Shown: positions 1 to 11,552 of the stretch, one piece after another
How positions within the stretch are numbered: the first letter of the stretch is position 1
How the letters are laid out: the number at the start of each line of letters is the position of its first letter
Origin: Amoebophrya sp. A120
Lineage: Eukaryota > Protista > Dinoflagellata
Reading direction: 5' to 3'
DNA length: 35,353 bases
Assembly: GCA_905178155.1 (NCBI GenBank)
Contig: CAJINV010000004.1
Location: forward strand, 5,231,381-5,266,733
Made by a program: the position numbers and the translations under genes
Notes under the pieces: generated by a model
What the model saw: only the letters and a program-made list of their open reading frames with translations
Database searches by the model: none
What the model was told of the DNA's origin: nothing

Positions 1-120
1 AAATAAACTTCAACCCAGAACGGGAAGAGGCTCGCCCTCACAGTCATCAGGTCCCGGCTACCGGAAAAGGGCGAGGCTCGGACAGACATAAAATATCGCC
101 CGTCCAGCCTCAGCCTAGGC

Positions 121-2085
121 TCACAGGCTCGCTAGCCTGCTACTGCCCGGGCATGCATTTATTTTGTCCACCGCTCTCTTGTTTCTGAACATCTTGCGGT
201 TATTTCCCTTCTCCGTCTTTAATACTTCTTGTTCTTTGTCGTGGAGGACGTCGACATTGCTCGACCTAACATCATTTTTCTTCCCGTTGCTCGCGTCGTC
301 GTCGTTGTCCAGAGCAGGCTCTCTATTCCGTGTCGTTGCAGTCTCTAGTACTTGTTCCCGCGCACGCTTATTCGACGACGAAGAAGAAGAAGGGTGCGGT
401 TGTGAAATAGACGATTTCATTTGGCCATGAAGTTCTCTATGATCTCGCCCATCTTTGCCGTCGGCCAATTCCTTCTCCTTGTTGGGGCCGCGGTGGGCAG
501 TTTCGTCCTCTATGGTGCCGCGGGGACCAAGCGGACCCGCAGCAGGACCACGAACACTCGTCCTTTTCGAAGATTTTTTCATCTTCCGCAATATAATTGT
601 CTGCCCGTCCTTTACGAACCCGGGTTGCAACAGCCTCAAATTCCACAAAAACGACGGCTCCGTCCAGGACAAGCGGATGGTTTGTGGACCGTCGGGTTGT
701 AGTTCATGTTGTTCCGGTTCTTGTTCTTCCGCTTCTTCGTGTAGAAGTTCCTCTTCATCAGCTTGGCCTTGGTCAGCTGGTCCACGACCGCCCTGCTCCT
801 CGTCCTCCTCCTCGTCCTGCCCTCCTGCTGCCATGAGTGCTTGCACCATCCGGACCTGCTCCTCAAACACCCGTGCCCGGTGCTCTTGCGCGTTCACCCC
901 GGGTCTTGGGGGGGCTAAATTGGCACGCCCTGCGCCCAACCCAAGTTGCTGTAGGACGAACTCACCGTCGTGGTCTTCGTGCAAAACCCGGAGTCGCGGA
1001 CCACCACCTCCCGGTGGACGAAAAAGAGCACCACCTTCTAGTGCTTCCTCTTCACTATCATCTTCCTCTTCATCCGTCATGTAATCACCCGCTAGCTCGT
1101 AAAAATCACCAAGTAAATTATCGTCCTCGAAATCTACATCTTCTGAGTCGTCACCGTCAACGCTGTCATAGTTCTCTACATTTGCAGGTTCTCGTTGTTG
1201 TGCCAAATCTTGTTCTGGTGGGGGCACAACTTCAACTACGCGAGCCTCGTCCGCGGCCCTGGCAGCTGCATTTACTTCCCGTGCAGCTCTATCTTCCACA
1301 CCACCACGTGAACCACGAGGTGGTGCTGCCGGCGCCGCGTGCGCAACGAGCGGAACAGCTTCAGCTTGTTGGCCGAAATTGCAATTATCTTCGTTCTCGT
1401 TCAAATCTTCTACGTTCTCAGTCTCTCCCGCTGTCCGCGCTCCGGGCAGCCGCCCGGGGAGGTCTTCTATGTCCTCTGATGCTACACCAACGCCCGGTCC
1501 TCGCTCCACCTGGGCCTGATCCTCTGATTCTATATCCTCTGATGCTACACCAACGCCCGGTCCTCGCTCTTGGGCCTCTTGAAGATCGAGCGTGGTTGTG
1601 ATATTGTCCTGCGCTTGATGGCCTACATCTTCCGGGACAACTTCAGCAGGTTCAGCATCCTCCTCCAGCACAGCTCTGGTAGTTTCCTGGCCGTGCGGCA
1701 ATGGGCTCCTGCTGGTTTGTTCCCGACGTGGTCCTCTCCGTTGCGCTACCACTTCCACGTGCCGTTGCGTCGCTCTCAGTGGGAGTAGTTGGTGACCACC
1801 TCGTTGTTGTGAATTTCTCCTGCGTGGGTCCTGGGACGCCCGACGGCGCTCCGTCGCGTGAAGGACGGCGCGATTGTTATTCATGATCCGGGGCGGAGTG
1901 CCGCGACGACCATTCCTCGACCCAGTCGGCCGGGATGAGGAAGACGCGGAAGAAGACGCAGCCTCGCCGTGGTGCGCTCCTGAGCCCGCCGACATGATGT
2001 GCTGTGATGTCTGGGCGCTTTTCACTGTAGACTGCAGGCCAGATGAAGGAGATCTGCCATCTGCCACCTGACTTTGGGGGTTCAA
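121..2085 (-). CDS. Hypothetical low-complexity, acidic/disordered protein (~650 aa), no recognisable domain
   Basis: Uninterrupted 654-codon ORF, rich in S/R/E/D/G, with an internal peptide duplication. The start is uncertain (ORF opens at TTG; first ATG ~1995; an upstream exon is possible). Confidence 0.55.
   Translation of the reverse strand: MNPQSQVADGRSPSSGLQSTVKSAQTSQHIMSAGSGAHHGEAASSSASSSSRPTGSRNGRRGTPPRIMNNNRAVLHATERRRASQDPRRRNSQQRGGHQLLPLRATQRHVEVVAQRRGPRREQTSRSPLPHGQETTRAVLEEDAEPAEVVPEDVGHQAQDNITTTLDLQEAQERGPGVGVASEDIESEDQAQVERGPGVGVASEDIEDLPGRLPGARTAGETENVEDLNENEDNCNFGQQAEAVPLVAHAAPAAPPRGSRGGVEDRAAREVNAAARAADEARVVEVVPPPEQDLAQQREPANVENYDSVDGDDSEDVDFEDDNLLGDFYELAGDYMTDEEEDDSEEEALEGGALFRPPGGGGPRLRVLHEDHDGEFVLQQLGLGAGRANLAPPRPGVNAQEHRARVFEEQVRMVQALMAAGGQDEEEDEEQGGRGPADQGQADEEELLHEEAEEQEPEQHELQPDGPQTIRLSWTEPSFLWNLRLLQPGFVKDGQTIILRKMKKSSKRTSVRGPAAGPLGPRGTIEDETAHRGPNKEKELADGKDGRDHRELHGQMKSSISQPHPSSSSSSNKRAREQVLETATTRNREPALDNDDDASNGKKNDVRSSNVDVLHDKEQEVLKTEKGNNRKMFRNKRAVDKINACPGSSRLASL
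1465..1577. repeat. In-frame tandem duplication, 63-bp period (AQ.ERGPGVGVASEDIE x2)
   Basis: TTCTAT(G/A)TCCTCTGATGCTACACCAACGCCCGGTCCTCGCTC at 1465 and 1528. Confidence 0.9.
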
Positions 2086-3047
2086 ACGAACTTAGTACTT
2101 ACGTGAGGGTGTAATGGCGGGGGGTTTATTCGCACAAAATCAAAATTTTCCGTCTTTTGATATATAGCCAGGGGGACAAAGGGGGTACCTAGCCCGGAAC
2201 GCGTTAAAGTCGAAGTCGTTATGGATCACACGAGATGAGAATTGAGAAACAACTGAAAGTAATAAATTTAGCAGCGCGACGTGTAGCTAGTTTGTACTTA
2301 TGGGAAATAGCGCCGGTGCGTAAGTGATAGAGCTTTGGAGCCTGGTGCGAGGGCGTTGCGTCGAGGAATATCTTGTGACCTATCAAGGACATCCTGTCCT
2401 CTCAACGATGGCATGCCAAGCTTTGTTTGTGCCCGTCGGTTTTATCCGTTTTTAGTAGAAAAAAAGTCCGAAGATCTCCAGCACGGGTGAATGATATCAA
2501 ACGCCTGCGGTTGATCGCGTTTCTCGGGCTGTAGCACACCGCTGCACTTATTCATACAAACGAACACACCACTCCAAGGCGAATTCCTTTTTTCAGTAGT
2601 TTCTGCAGCACCCTTTTATCTCCAGGGATTTTGCAGTACATCAAGTTTCACTCTGTAAATTCGAAAAAAAGCACTGCTTTTATGCACAGCTTTTTCGTCT
2701 TTCGGGGCCTGTATTCTCGAAATGCAGTTTAATTGCGCTCGTAGCGTCGCTCTGTTGAGGACGCGACCTCGCCTGATAAGTACTGAAGTGCCTTTCGTTT
2801 TCATGGCCATTCACACAACCAACGCGCCCTCATAGTGAGGCAGAGATTTGTCTTCTTTTCCAAATACAAAGTGCTAGCCGCTTAGTTCTGCTAACAGGAC
2901 GAATCAAAATTTTTATCCGATTCACCAGTGATGGAAATGTCTGAATTAATTAATATTCTCGATGTTGATGTCACATGGAGCCGACTGGTTTCGAAGTCCT
3001 CCACGACCTCGACCGTGCGAAAATTGTAAAAATCAACTTCACTACTT

Positions 3048-6000
3048 TCACTCGTCCAGACCCTTTTTCAGAATCCCCATCCCCGTCACCTGGTCGCCCT
3101 TTTTCATACCGGCTATCTGCCCCCGCGCCCCCTGTTCCGAGAGCGGGCGGAAGGGTTCGATTTTCGCCGAGCTGGCCCGGTCGATACCCTTGTTGCGGTC
3201 CCCGCCCTCCCGGCTCACGATCGGCCGCGTGCCCTTTGTGGGGGAATTCTGCCATCTCGTGGTCGTCGTGTCGGGCTCGTAGTCGACTCGCACCTGGCTC
3301 AGTTTACTGCCTCCTCCACCAAAGCCGCTGGTCCGACTCGCGCCGAAACTATTCGCGCCAAAACTGCTGTCCCCGTAGTCTGGCGGAATCGCGGCAGCAG
3401 CGTAAGCGTTCGCCCGGTCCCGGGAGAAGGAGTTTTTGCGATGTCTTCGCGGGCTGCGCCGGGGGGAGGAGGACTGCTTGGGAGAGGCCGCACCGATAGG
3501 ATCTGTGGTAGTGGTTAGAAGATGGCAGTGGCACTTGTTGTCTTCATTCATTTGGACACACTAATTTCTTCGGTCGACGTCGTGACAACAAGTAGTTCGC
3601 TACAGGAAAAACATTTGCAGTCTGATGTTTCTAGAGCAAGAGCAGATGAACGATCAGCTACTGATTCGGAACAATGTTGACCATCATTCTCGCAACAAGA
3701 ACCATGATGAAAAAGATGAAAAACATAAACATACAGAACGAGAGCAACTTTATAGTAATAAGTACATGTCCCCAAGCTAATGAGTTTTCCTCGGATCGCC
3801 GCTGCTTGCCGTGCCCTCGGAGACTCCGCAACGAACTTCTGCACGCGCGACGCCATTTTGAAGTTGGATTCAATGTAAATCAGTACGTTCAAAGCGATAT
3901 GAATTGCAAAAATGTCTGGGTCTGGAAGATTTCTAGATTTGTCATGCATATTTTCCATGACCGATGACGTCTGTGATGCAAGCCGTAGCATCACAGGCTT
4001 TTAGAGACCCTCCTGATGCCTATTTCGCATGAGAAATGCCCTCTCTGCGTAACACAAATTGGACTCCTGTTGCTGGTCATGCAATACAGATTTTTTCGGA
4101 ATTCAAAAACAGCATTACAAGTTGCAAACTTCCAGACCCAGACATTTTTGCATTTGATAAGCGAGGAGAATGACGAGGAACACCCAGCCAAAGGTATCCT
4201 GAGTAAAAACGTACCCACACCAGAGTTGTAATGCAGATTTGCAAAGAGAGGAAGACTTGTAATGCGCATCTCCATGAGAGCCATTTCCAATCGTGTTTTG
4301 GAATTTGTGATGCTGTGAACAGGATGAGCAGATGAATCTGTGACGCGGCTGCACTTGCTAACCTGCACTACACTGCATAGTGCAACTTGTCATGCATGAC
4401 TCACAAAGCTCCTAGGTTTGTGTTGCAAAATCCCCATCCTGACTCTGGTGTGGGTACGTTTTTACTCAGGATAAAAGGTGATAAAACCCTTTGGAATCAC
4501 GGCTTTTTCGCCCTGTCGCGTGTGGTCCCCGTCGATTTCCGCTTGGTCAAACTGGTGCCAGATCACGAACACGAGAAACAGAATACCCCAGGACACGGTG
4601 ACGTAGCGAAGCCGTTTCACGGTGAAGACGCAGGTGTTGCGCTGCAGGCAACCGCCAAATCGCTCCTGATATTTATTTTTCGCGGTGTAGTAGTTGCACG
4701 GATAATGCGCACGATACGGATACGACCACGCCACGAAATAAAAAATGGGCACGAAGGCAGCTGCAAAGGAGACCTTTCTAGAAGAGAATCTGCCTCACCC
4801 TTTGCCAGAAGATATTAAACCGACCAAAACTCAGCAAAATAGTAAAATCTACCACGTTCTTCCAGCCGATAAAATTCAGCACGAAGATTCCGACCATCGA
4901 ACCGGTTACTATCGCCAACGGCACCAGCTCCACAATAATGCAGACAATGAAGGCGATCAGTGCCGCGAGGCCAATAGCGAGTTGGCACCACTGGGATCGT
5001 TCCTTTTTGGTCGACATCCTGTTTTTTTTTTCATGCAGCAGAATTCTGTGTTCAGTTTTCTCGTATGTAATAATGCAGACACGACGGCGCTACCTCTGGG
5101 GGCGGCGGGGGGGGGGTTATTATTCCATCAAAGTTGTCACGAAGATGCACATCTTGAAAAAAACTTATTGTACTGTTGTATTTTCTGCTTCATGTCGTCT
5201 TGGCTTTGGACTGCTTGAAAAAAACCCATGAATTCGTCGAGTTCAATGCGGTTGTTGTGGTTATCGTCGATCTGGAAAAACAGCTTCTCTGTATGCATTG
5301 CAAAAGTAATATCTTCGCAAAACCGCTAGCACTACCAATCGCAATGAAATTTGTCATGCTGCTTCAGGTAAGGAAGGAGATTTGTCATGCGTGATTGCAT
5401 TTAATACGAGTATGCTTAACTTTTGCACGGGATACTCTGCGACGTTCTCCGACATCCGCAGGTTGATGAAACGAATCTGAAAGTAATTTCAGATCATTGG
5501 CAATAAAATTTCTCATGCGGGATAACAATACGCAGGCAAAGCGTGTCATGCGAATATCGCAATACAACGAAGCAATAAAACTATACGATGTTCATCAGGT
5601 CATCCATGGTCAAAAACCCCCTCGCTGCGACGTCGAATTCTTCAAACAACGTTCGCAGATACGCGTCCTGCAAACACGCCCGCTTTTTCAGCCTCTCCCG
5701 GTGGGAGGCTTTTTTGAAAAACTCCTTCCATTCGTTTTCTTCGATCGTTCCCGACCGGTCCTTGTCGATCTGCTGGAAGAGATACGTCACGTCTTTCGTT
5801 GTCATATAGACCTCGAAGAACTCGAAAATCTCCACCACCGTTGGCTCCGACAAACAAGCCGGCCGCTCCGGGTCCGCCGTGCCCTTGTCGCCCGGACCTT
5901 TATTTCGGAGTGGAGAATTGTTGTAGGATTTGGATTTCTTTCTTTTCATGATGCTCGTATTAACTGTGCTAGTGCGACGTGGTGCACGACCCACCAGTGA

Positions 6001-8072
6001 ACGACATTTGTTGAAGATAGAACAAAAGAAGCAGGAGTTTCTTCATTGTTGAGAACGAAACTGTATGCGAGAAAGAAGAAGAACTCGTATCAAATTCAAA
6101 AAAATACGATGCAGTTTTTTGCTTGCGAACTCGCGAAAGACCCTCGTCATGATCTCTTCGCTCGGTGGGGCTTCCTTGTCCTGGTCTTGGAACATTTGCT
6201 TCAGCGCGTCTCTTTCGAGCAAACTTGGCACCATGGACACGAAGGCGTCGATGGAAACTAAAATGTTCTCCCTTTCCTCCTCTTCTTTCCTCGATTTTCG
6301 CTTCATGACGATTCGACTGTCATCGAGGATCTTGACCCCGCTGGTGGTTTCTATCAAATGCAAATATGTCTGGGTCTGGAAGAATGTGAGATCTGTCATG
6401 CAGGTTTTCCATGACCCATGAGGTCTGGCGTGCCATGACAGATTCTGTGAGATCTTTCTCATGCCTGGCCCGCATGAGAAACTTCCTCGCAAAGAAATTG
6501 GTCAAAAGTGGACAGATTTCTGTGGCAACCATGCAACACAGATTTTTTTACAATCCAGACTTAACATGACAAGTTGCAACCTTCCAGATCCAGACATATT
6601 TGCACTGCATAGTTTCCATGTGGATCTTATTCGTGTCCAGGACGCGCATCAAGTCGACGTCGCGCAGAGCGTATCAAGTGCAGAAGTGTGTGGGTCTGGA
6701 AGAGTGTAGACTTGTCATGCAGATTTTCCATGACCCATGAGGTCTGGAATGCCGGACTTAGCATGACAGACTCTGCGAGGTCTCTGCGTCTGCCACGCCT
6801 ATTCTGCATCGGAAACTCCGTTCCAACTTGGTCAAAAGTGGACAGCTGTTGGCACTCATGCAACACAGATTTTTGCATGCTTCAGATTTACCATGACAAG
6901 TTGTAATCTTCCAGACCCGGACATTTTTGCAATTCGTAGAGCGCGCAGGCGGAGGCCGTGCCGTGCGACCGTCTCGAACAGGGTGAAGGCTGATAGTGTT
7001 TTTTTATCAAGGTCGTGTGCAACTGCTGCAAGCTTTGTGAAGATGATGCATCAAGAAAGAGTATGGATATGGAATGGGAATGCAAAAAGCAAATGGAGGA
7101 AGCAGCTTTGTGAAGTAGATGCATAAACCACAATTATGAAAATCCAAAATTGTACTCATTCGTTGCATGTCCATATGCTCGCCTTCTTCCCACTGGACGT
7201 CTCGGTCGAACCATTGTATCAAAGCGCGCGCACTCTTCCGCACCGCGGCAGGATCGGGGCGGCCCCAACTCCCGTCCGACCCTTTTGGGTGCAGCACGGC
7301 CCGCCGATTTAAGTCCATTTTTCCGATCTCCCGCTTGGTAAAACCTTGATGTTCACATGCGTATATAGCATTACAGATTCATAGCTGAAGGAGAGTGATG
7401 ACAAATAATAGTTGATTTCCCATGCAGCCGCAGCGCGTCAGCCCGACAGGAAAACTCTTACAGGCTGTTTTTCGTTTAATCCAGCAAATAAATTGTACCA
7501 AGATCCAGCAAGTCGTCGATGATTTCTTGGTCCTCTATGAGAGATATGACAGTGCACAACTCCCCCTACCCCTCATTTGCCATGCAAAGTACCCAATCCA
7601 CCCCTTGCCCCTTGGCACTGTTTGCATGACAAGTTCTGGTAGCCCAAATAGGACTGCACTCAAGTCCAAATCTGTCATGCTGATGCTTGTACTGCCGTTC
7701 ATGCTATACCTGCAAAAAAGGGAGAGGGCGAGTTGTGCACTGTCATAAGAGCCATCTGCGCGTCGACCGTCTTGTCCTCTTTTGACTTGGTGCTTCCCGT
7801 ATGCACTGCAAAAGTATCGCACTCGTACTAATCTTTGCAGTCGTCATGCATTACAAATCTAGTTGGTTAGCTAAATCCGCATTGCAAATTTCATTTGTAA
7901 TCCTGAGCCAATTTGTATTGCGATTTATACTAGTACGATACTTTTGCGGTGCATATCCCGTGCTCTTGACCGAATTCCTTTTGCTCGCATTGTAGGGTTC
8001 GTCGTGTCTGGGGGGGCGACTGGGCGCGGACTTCGTGGAAGCCCGGCTGTGGTCTCCCGTTAGGGCCGGCAT
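3048..8072 (-). CDS. Multi-exon EF-hand calcium-binding protein with C-terminal transmembrane helices
   Basis: Manual assembly from ATG 8072 (MPALTGDHSR...). EF-hand loops: LFQQIDKDRSGTIEENEW, LFEEFDVAARGFLTMDDL, LFFQIDDNHNNRIELDEF. TM segments: LAIGLAALIAFIVCIIVELV, WGILFLVFVIW, ITFGWVFLVILLALNVLIYI. GT-AG introns 7465-7498, 6990-7155, 5477-5586, 5019-5164; GA-AG introns 7345-7419, 3503-3789; 7 introners. Junctions near 6120-5900 and 4850-4780 are unresolved, so a split into two genes is not excluded. Confidence 0.75.
3898..4159. mobile_element. Introner / MITE-like non-canonical intron, family A
   Basis: 30-bp TIR TATGAATTGCAAAAATGTCTGGGTCTGGAA / TTCCAGACCCAGACATTTTTGCATTTGATA; TSD AGCGA (3893-3897, 4160-4164). 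Removal gives ...VILLA-LNVLIYIES. Confidence 0.93.
4195..4473. mobile_element. Introner, family C
   Basis: Perfect 32-bp TIR TATCCTGAGTAAAAACGTACCCACACCAGAGT; TSD AAAGG (4190-4194, 4474-4478). Removal gives ...KGFITF-GWVFLV. Confidence 0.93.
5292..5434. mobile_element. Introner, diverged family-B-like
   Basis: Imperfect TIR TATGCATTGCAAAAGT / ACTTTTGCACGGGATA; TSD CTCTG (5287-5291, 5435-5439). Removal gives MSENVAE-KLFFQIDD. Confidence 0.85.
6352..6611. mobile_element. Introner, family A
   Basis: TIR TATCAAATGCAAATATGTCTGGGTCTGGAAG / CTTCCAGATCCAGACATATTTGCACTGCATA; TSD GTTTC. Removal gives KIHMET-TSGVK. Confidence 0.92.
6672..6938. mobile_element. Introner, family A
   Basis: TIR TATCAAGTGCAGAAGTGTGTGGGTCTGGAAG / CTTCCAGACCCGGACATTTTTGCAATTCGTA; TSD GAGCG. 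Removal gives GLRLRA-LRDVDL. Confidence 0.9.
7545..7747. mobile_element. Introner, family D
   Basis: 18-bp perfect TIR TATGACAGTGCACAACTC; imperfect TSD AGAGA / AGAGC. Removal gives DAQMAL-IEDQEII. Confidence 0.88.
7800..7955. mobile_element. Introner, family B
   Basis: TIR TATGCACTGCAAAAGTATCG / CGATACTTTTGCGGTGCATA; TSD TCCCG. Removal gives SVKSTG-STKSKED. Confidence 0.92.
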
Positions 8073-9154
8073 CGTGGTCAATTTTGAACTTTTATAACTT
8101 GTTCTTGTCCGCGGGCAGCACGCGAAATAAACGAAGATGCGAAGGAACGAGCACGGTAATTGCCGCAATCTCAATCTGGTTCGGGAGATGGATTCGGCCA
8201 CAAACTATCCGCCGCAAGTTCGAGTAGTTCTTGGATTTCTTAGTGAACCATACGGGGCAAGAGCAACAAGAGCTAGAGCATCCGCTTCTGCATTATACAA
8301 AAAACCAGTTCTACATAAAATCTTCTGTGGGAGGAGCTACATATAAACTAACATTGCTCTTTGATTTTGTGTGTGTGAAGAAGGCCAAAGCCCTAGGGTG
8401 GGACGCCAAAGACGATAGTAAGCCGACGACAGTGTGCAAGACGCCGAGCAAGAACCTCGAATCTCTCAACTAAACGAATAGATGGTAATTATTTTGACGA
8501 TGCAGCTCGAGGACACGAGAACGAAACGCAAAGAACCGGTTGTGCCTCCTCGTCTCTCACTGTCAGACATCATAAACTCTCATATTGCGATAATTTCGAA
8601 CCGTGGATGACGATGAGGCAACATCAACGCCTCCAAGTATTCGTTGTACTATTTGCCGCGACGATACTGTATGAACAACATGGTTAGGATTTATCGGTAT
8701 GGCCGCGCCCTCCCTTTGAGCGCCCCTTAGCCTTCGGAAGGGCCGAAAGAGGCGTTGGAGTAGTAGTAAATGGTAATCCTAAAAACAATTTGCGCACGCA
8801 ATGTCGTTAGATGCATAAATCGACGAATTCTGAAAAGGTACGAATTTCATTTCATCCCGCTGTTTCCAGTGGTACAAGTTCTTGTATCGCGGCTCCTACT
8901 TCTAGTTCTAAAAACGTAGAGTTGATGTACCCCAGCAGATTTATTGGCTCGTCCAGCACAAGATTTGCATTTCATCTTGCCGATTCGGTGATGTTGAAAT
9001 CCTTTCGTTTAATATAGTCAGTGTACTGCTATCCTTTTTCTGCGGTTGCTTGTGTGAAACCAAAACCGCTGGCCGTAGATGTGTCAAGTATTTGCAGCTG
9101 ATTCCACCACAATACTGCTCATCTTCAACATCGCACAAGAACTAGTATAATTTT

Positions 9155-10447
9155 TTAGTTCTGCAATTTTTCCATGACCGTCCTGACCTTGCTGTTGCCG
9201 TCCTTCGGGTCCTTGCTGATTTTCGCGTCCAACAAAAACAGCTTCGCGAACGTGTCCTGTGCGTGCTCATCCACCGTGGCGCAGTGGGCCTGGATTTGCT
9301 TGGTCAGGTTCAGGGTATCCACCGCTTTCGGCACCCGCTGCGTTTTCTGCTGCTTCTCCTTCTGCGCCCGCGTCAGCCGTTCGTACATCTGCATCTCCCG
9401 CTGCTGCTGGGACAGCTCTTCCAAAGATTCGAGCAAGAGCTGCAGGTTGCGGTCCATGGCCGGGCCCGCGGAGTCCAAATCAAACGCAGCGGTGGACTGG
9501 GCGTCCATTTGAAGCATCAAGGTTTCGACCAACGGGGAACAGTGGACGTAGACCGGGACCTCCTCCAAAAGGTCGGAAGACGGGAAGTCTGCGAAAGGGT
9601 CCGTGTCCTGTCGTGTTTCATAGGGATAGAAGTGAATTTAACATGAACATCGGATAATTGTAATTCTTATTTCGGGTCAATAATTTTTTATCATACACTA
9701 CTACTAGGCGCAAGACGCACAAAGTGGTGTCCAAGTCGTAGTAAATATTCATTCTGCATTCACTTTATCATGCCAAAAGATATCTTCAAAATCATCTTAA
9801 ACTAGTACCTCGTCGATGTTCATGGTGAGTTTTTTGTGCATCGCCGCGTCTGTGAGCCTGTAGGCCTTGAAGCCGCAGGTGCCCACCTTCTGCTTTGCTG
9901 GGTCGTATACCAGAACCACCGCGGACGGGACCTCCTTCTGAAACTGGTACTGGTTCTCAATGAATGCCTCCGTGAGGAAAATACCGTGGTGCGTTGACTC
10001 GTACCTTTGGATAATTTATCATATGATGAGCATCATTTTGTCATGCAGAGACGCGAACTGTAAAAAAGGATGTGATGGTGATAATGCAATACCAATAGAT
10101 ACGCACCACCTTGTAAAATAAATGCAAAAACCTCTATACCATCCAACAGCGTTTGCGTCCCCGCGCACCTCTTCGATAGCCTTCAGAACTCCGTACTGGT
10201 ACTCCAGAAAGTTGTCCGACGGCTCTCCGTCCTGCTTGGTTTTGTAGGAAAAGCAGTTGGTAACCCGCACGTTCTTCCCGTCGTCCAAGCCCAAAAGGGA
10301 TCCGGAAGCACTGTTTGGGTACGTCTGTTTTGCGTGCTTGGCGATTCGGAGGAAGACCTGGGCATCCACTTTCAGGGATAATTTCGTGGACTTCGTCAAC
10401 TGATCGCGCTTCGCGATCGCGGCTTGAGACATCGCGGGGGCCGGCAT
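9155..10447 (-). CDS. EIF3H: Eukaryotic translation initiation factor 3 subunit H (MPN domain)
   Basis: Exons 10447-10140, 10004-9809, 9607-9155 joined by GT-AG introns. Motifs VFLRIAKH...GSLLGLD...VTNCF, DANAVGWYES, IENQYQFQ...AVVLVYDP...FKAYRL, EEVPVYVH.SPLV and LNLTKQIQAHC...FAKLFL are typical of eIF3h. Confidence 0.9.
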
Positions 10448-11552
10448 TTTCAACGTCCTCACAAGGTGATTTTTTCTAGTATTGTAAATTCAAGAAGGCG
10501 CAACAGATAGAAATTTGCAGAAATAAATGAATCCAGAATCGCAATTCAACTTATTTCTCTGAGATGAAAAAAGAGGTGGTCTCTGGTATACAAACAGACA
10601 ACCACGAAAACACAGCACCTGTTTTATGAGAGATAGAGAAATGACAGAAACGTTTTTGCTAATTTGCGTTTGAGACGCTAAGAAATTCTCACCGATAAAA
10701 AATGAATTCGGCAAAGAAATTTACTTATCATCGTACGTATGAAGCATTCTTGGATCTTTCGCAAAAAAGATTGGTGCAACAGCTTATGCCACGAAAATTG
10801 GAATGAACTTGCAATAGCGTCAAATTTCTGATCAAAACAGAGTTTTCATTTTCAAGACCTCGCCAAAAGCTGTAGCTACAGTGCTGATGGCCAAGCCAGG
10901 ACGTAGTCGTTTGACGTCTGATTCTGATACTGATCTCCAGTTTTGCAAGAACCATACAAGCGCAATTTTTAAAAAAACCAATAATTCCGCGACGTGAAGT
11001 GCGCAATAAAAATGGATCTACAGAAGCACTGGCGTGAGTGTAGTACGGCCGAGCAACATACATGCAGGAACATCAATAGAGCGGCGCTTGCGTTCAGGAT
11101 GTTCATTTGCCGAGGCCAGAAATATTTCGCATTTTGGGTGGTATTGGTGTTATTTCCCAATATGTAGTAAGTATCCTGTTTGTTGTAAGTAACTGTTTCG
11201 TTACTCATTTCTTACTTCTTGTTTTGCACAAGATTCCATTCCATTTATTTCTCCTTCCTCATCTTCGATTCGCGACGATCTGCTCTGAGTGAAAATATTC
11301 TATCACTATCCTACAATAAATTCGTGTTTGGTACGACATGGCATATGCATACTTTCCCTTCGTCTCTGTGTGTGTGATTGTGAATACTCAGCACATTGAT
11401 TGACTTGTCTGCGTTCATCTTCTTCTAGCACTTTATCGTCTACTATCTTTGAAGCGGAACTTCAAATTGAAATTAGAATTACCGAAAGAATACAAACGAC
11501 ACTGTTGTTGAAAAAACTTAAACTTGATGAAAAAACCCAAAAATCCCCACCT

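Noticed and set aside
2100-2600. Possible LTR upstream of the 654-aa ORF
   Set aside because: No second copy, PBS or retroelement domain visible in the window.
3851-3863. GCCATTTTG as a relic spliced leader
   Set aside because: Only 9 nt, antisense, and inside a coding exon.
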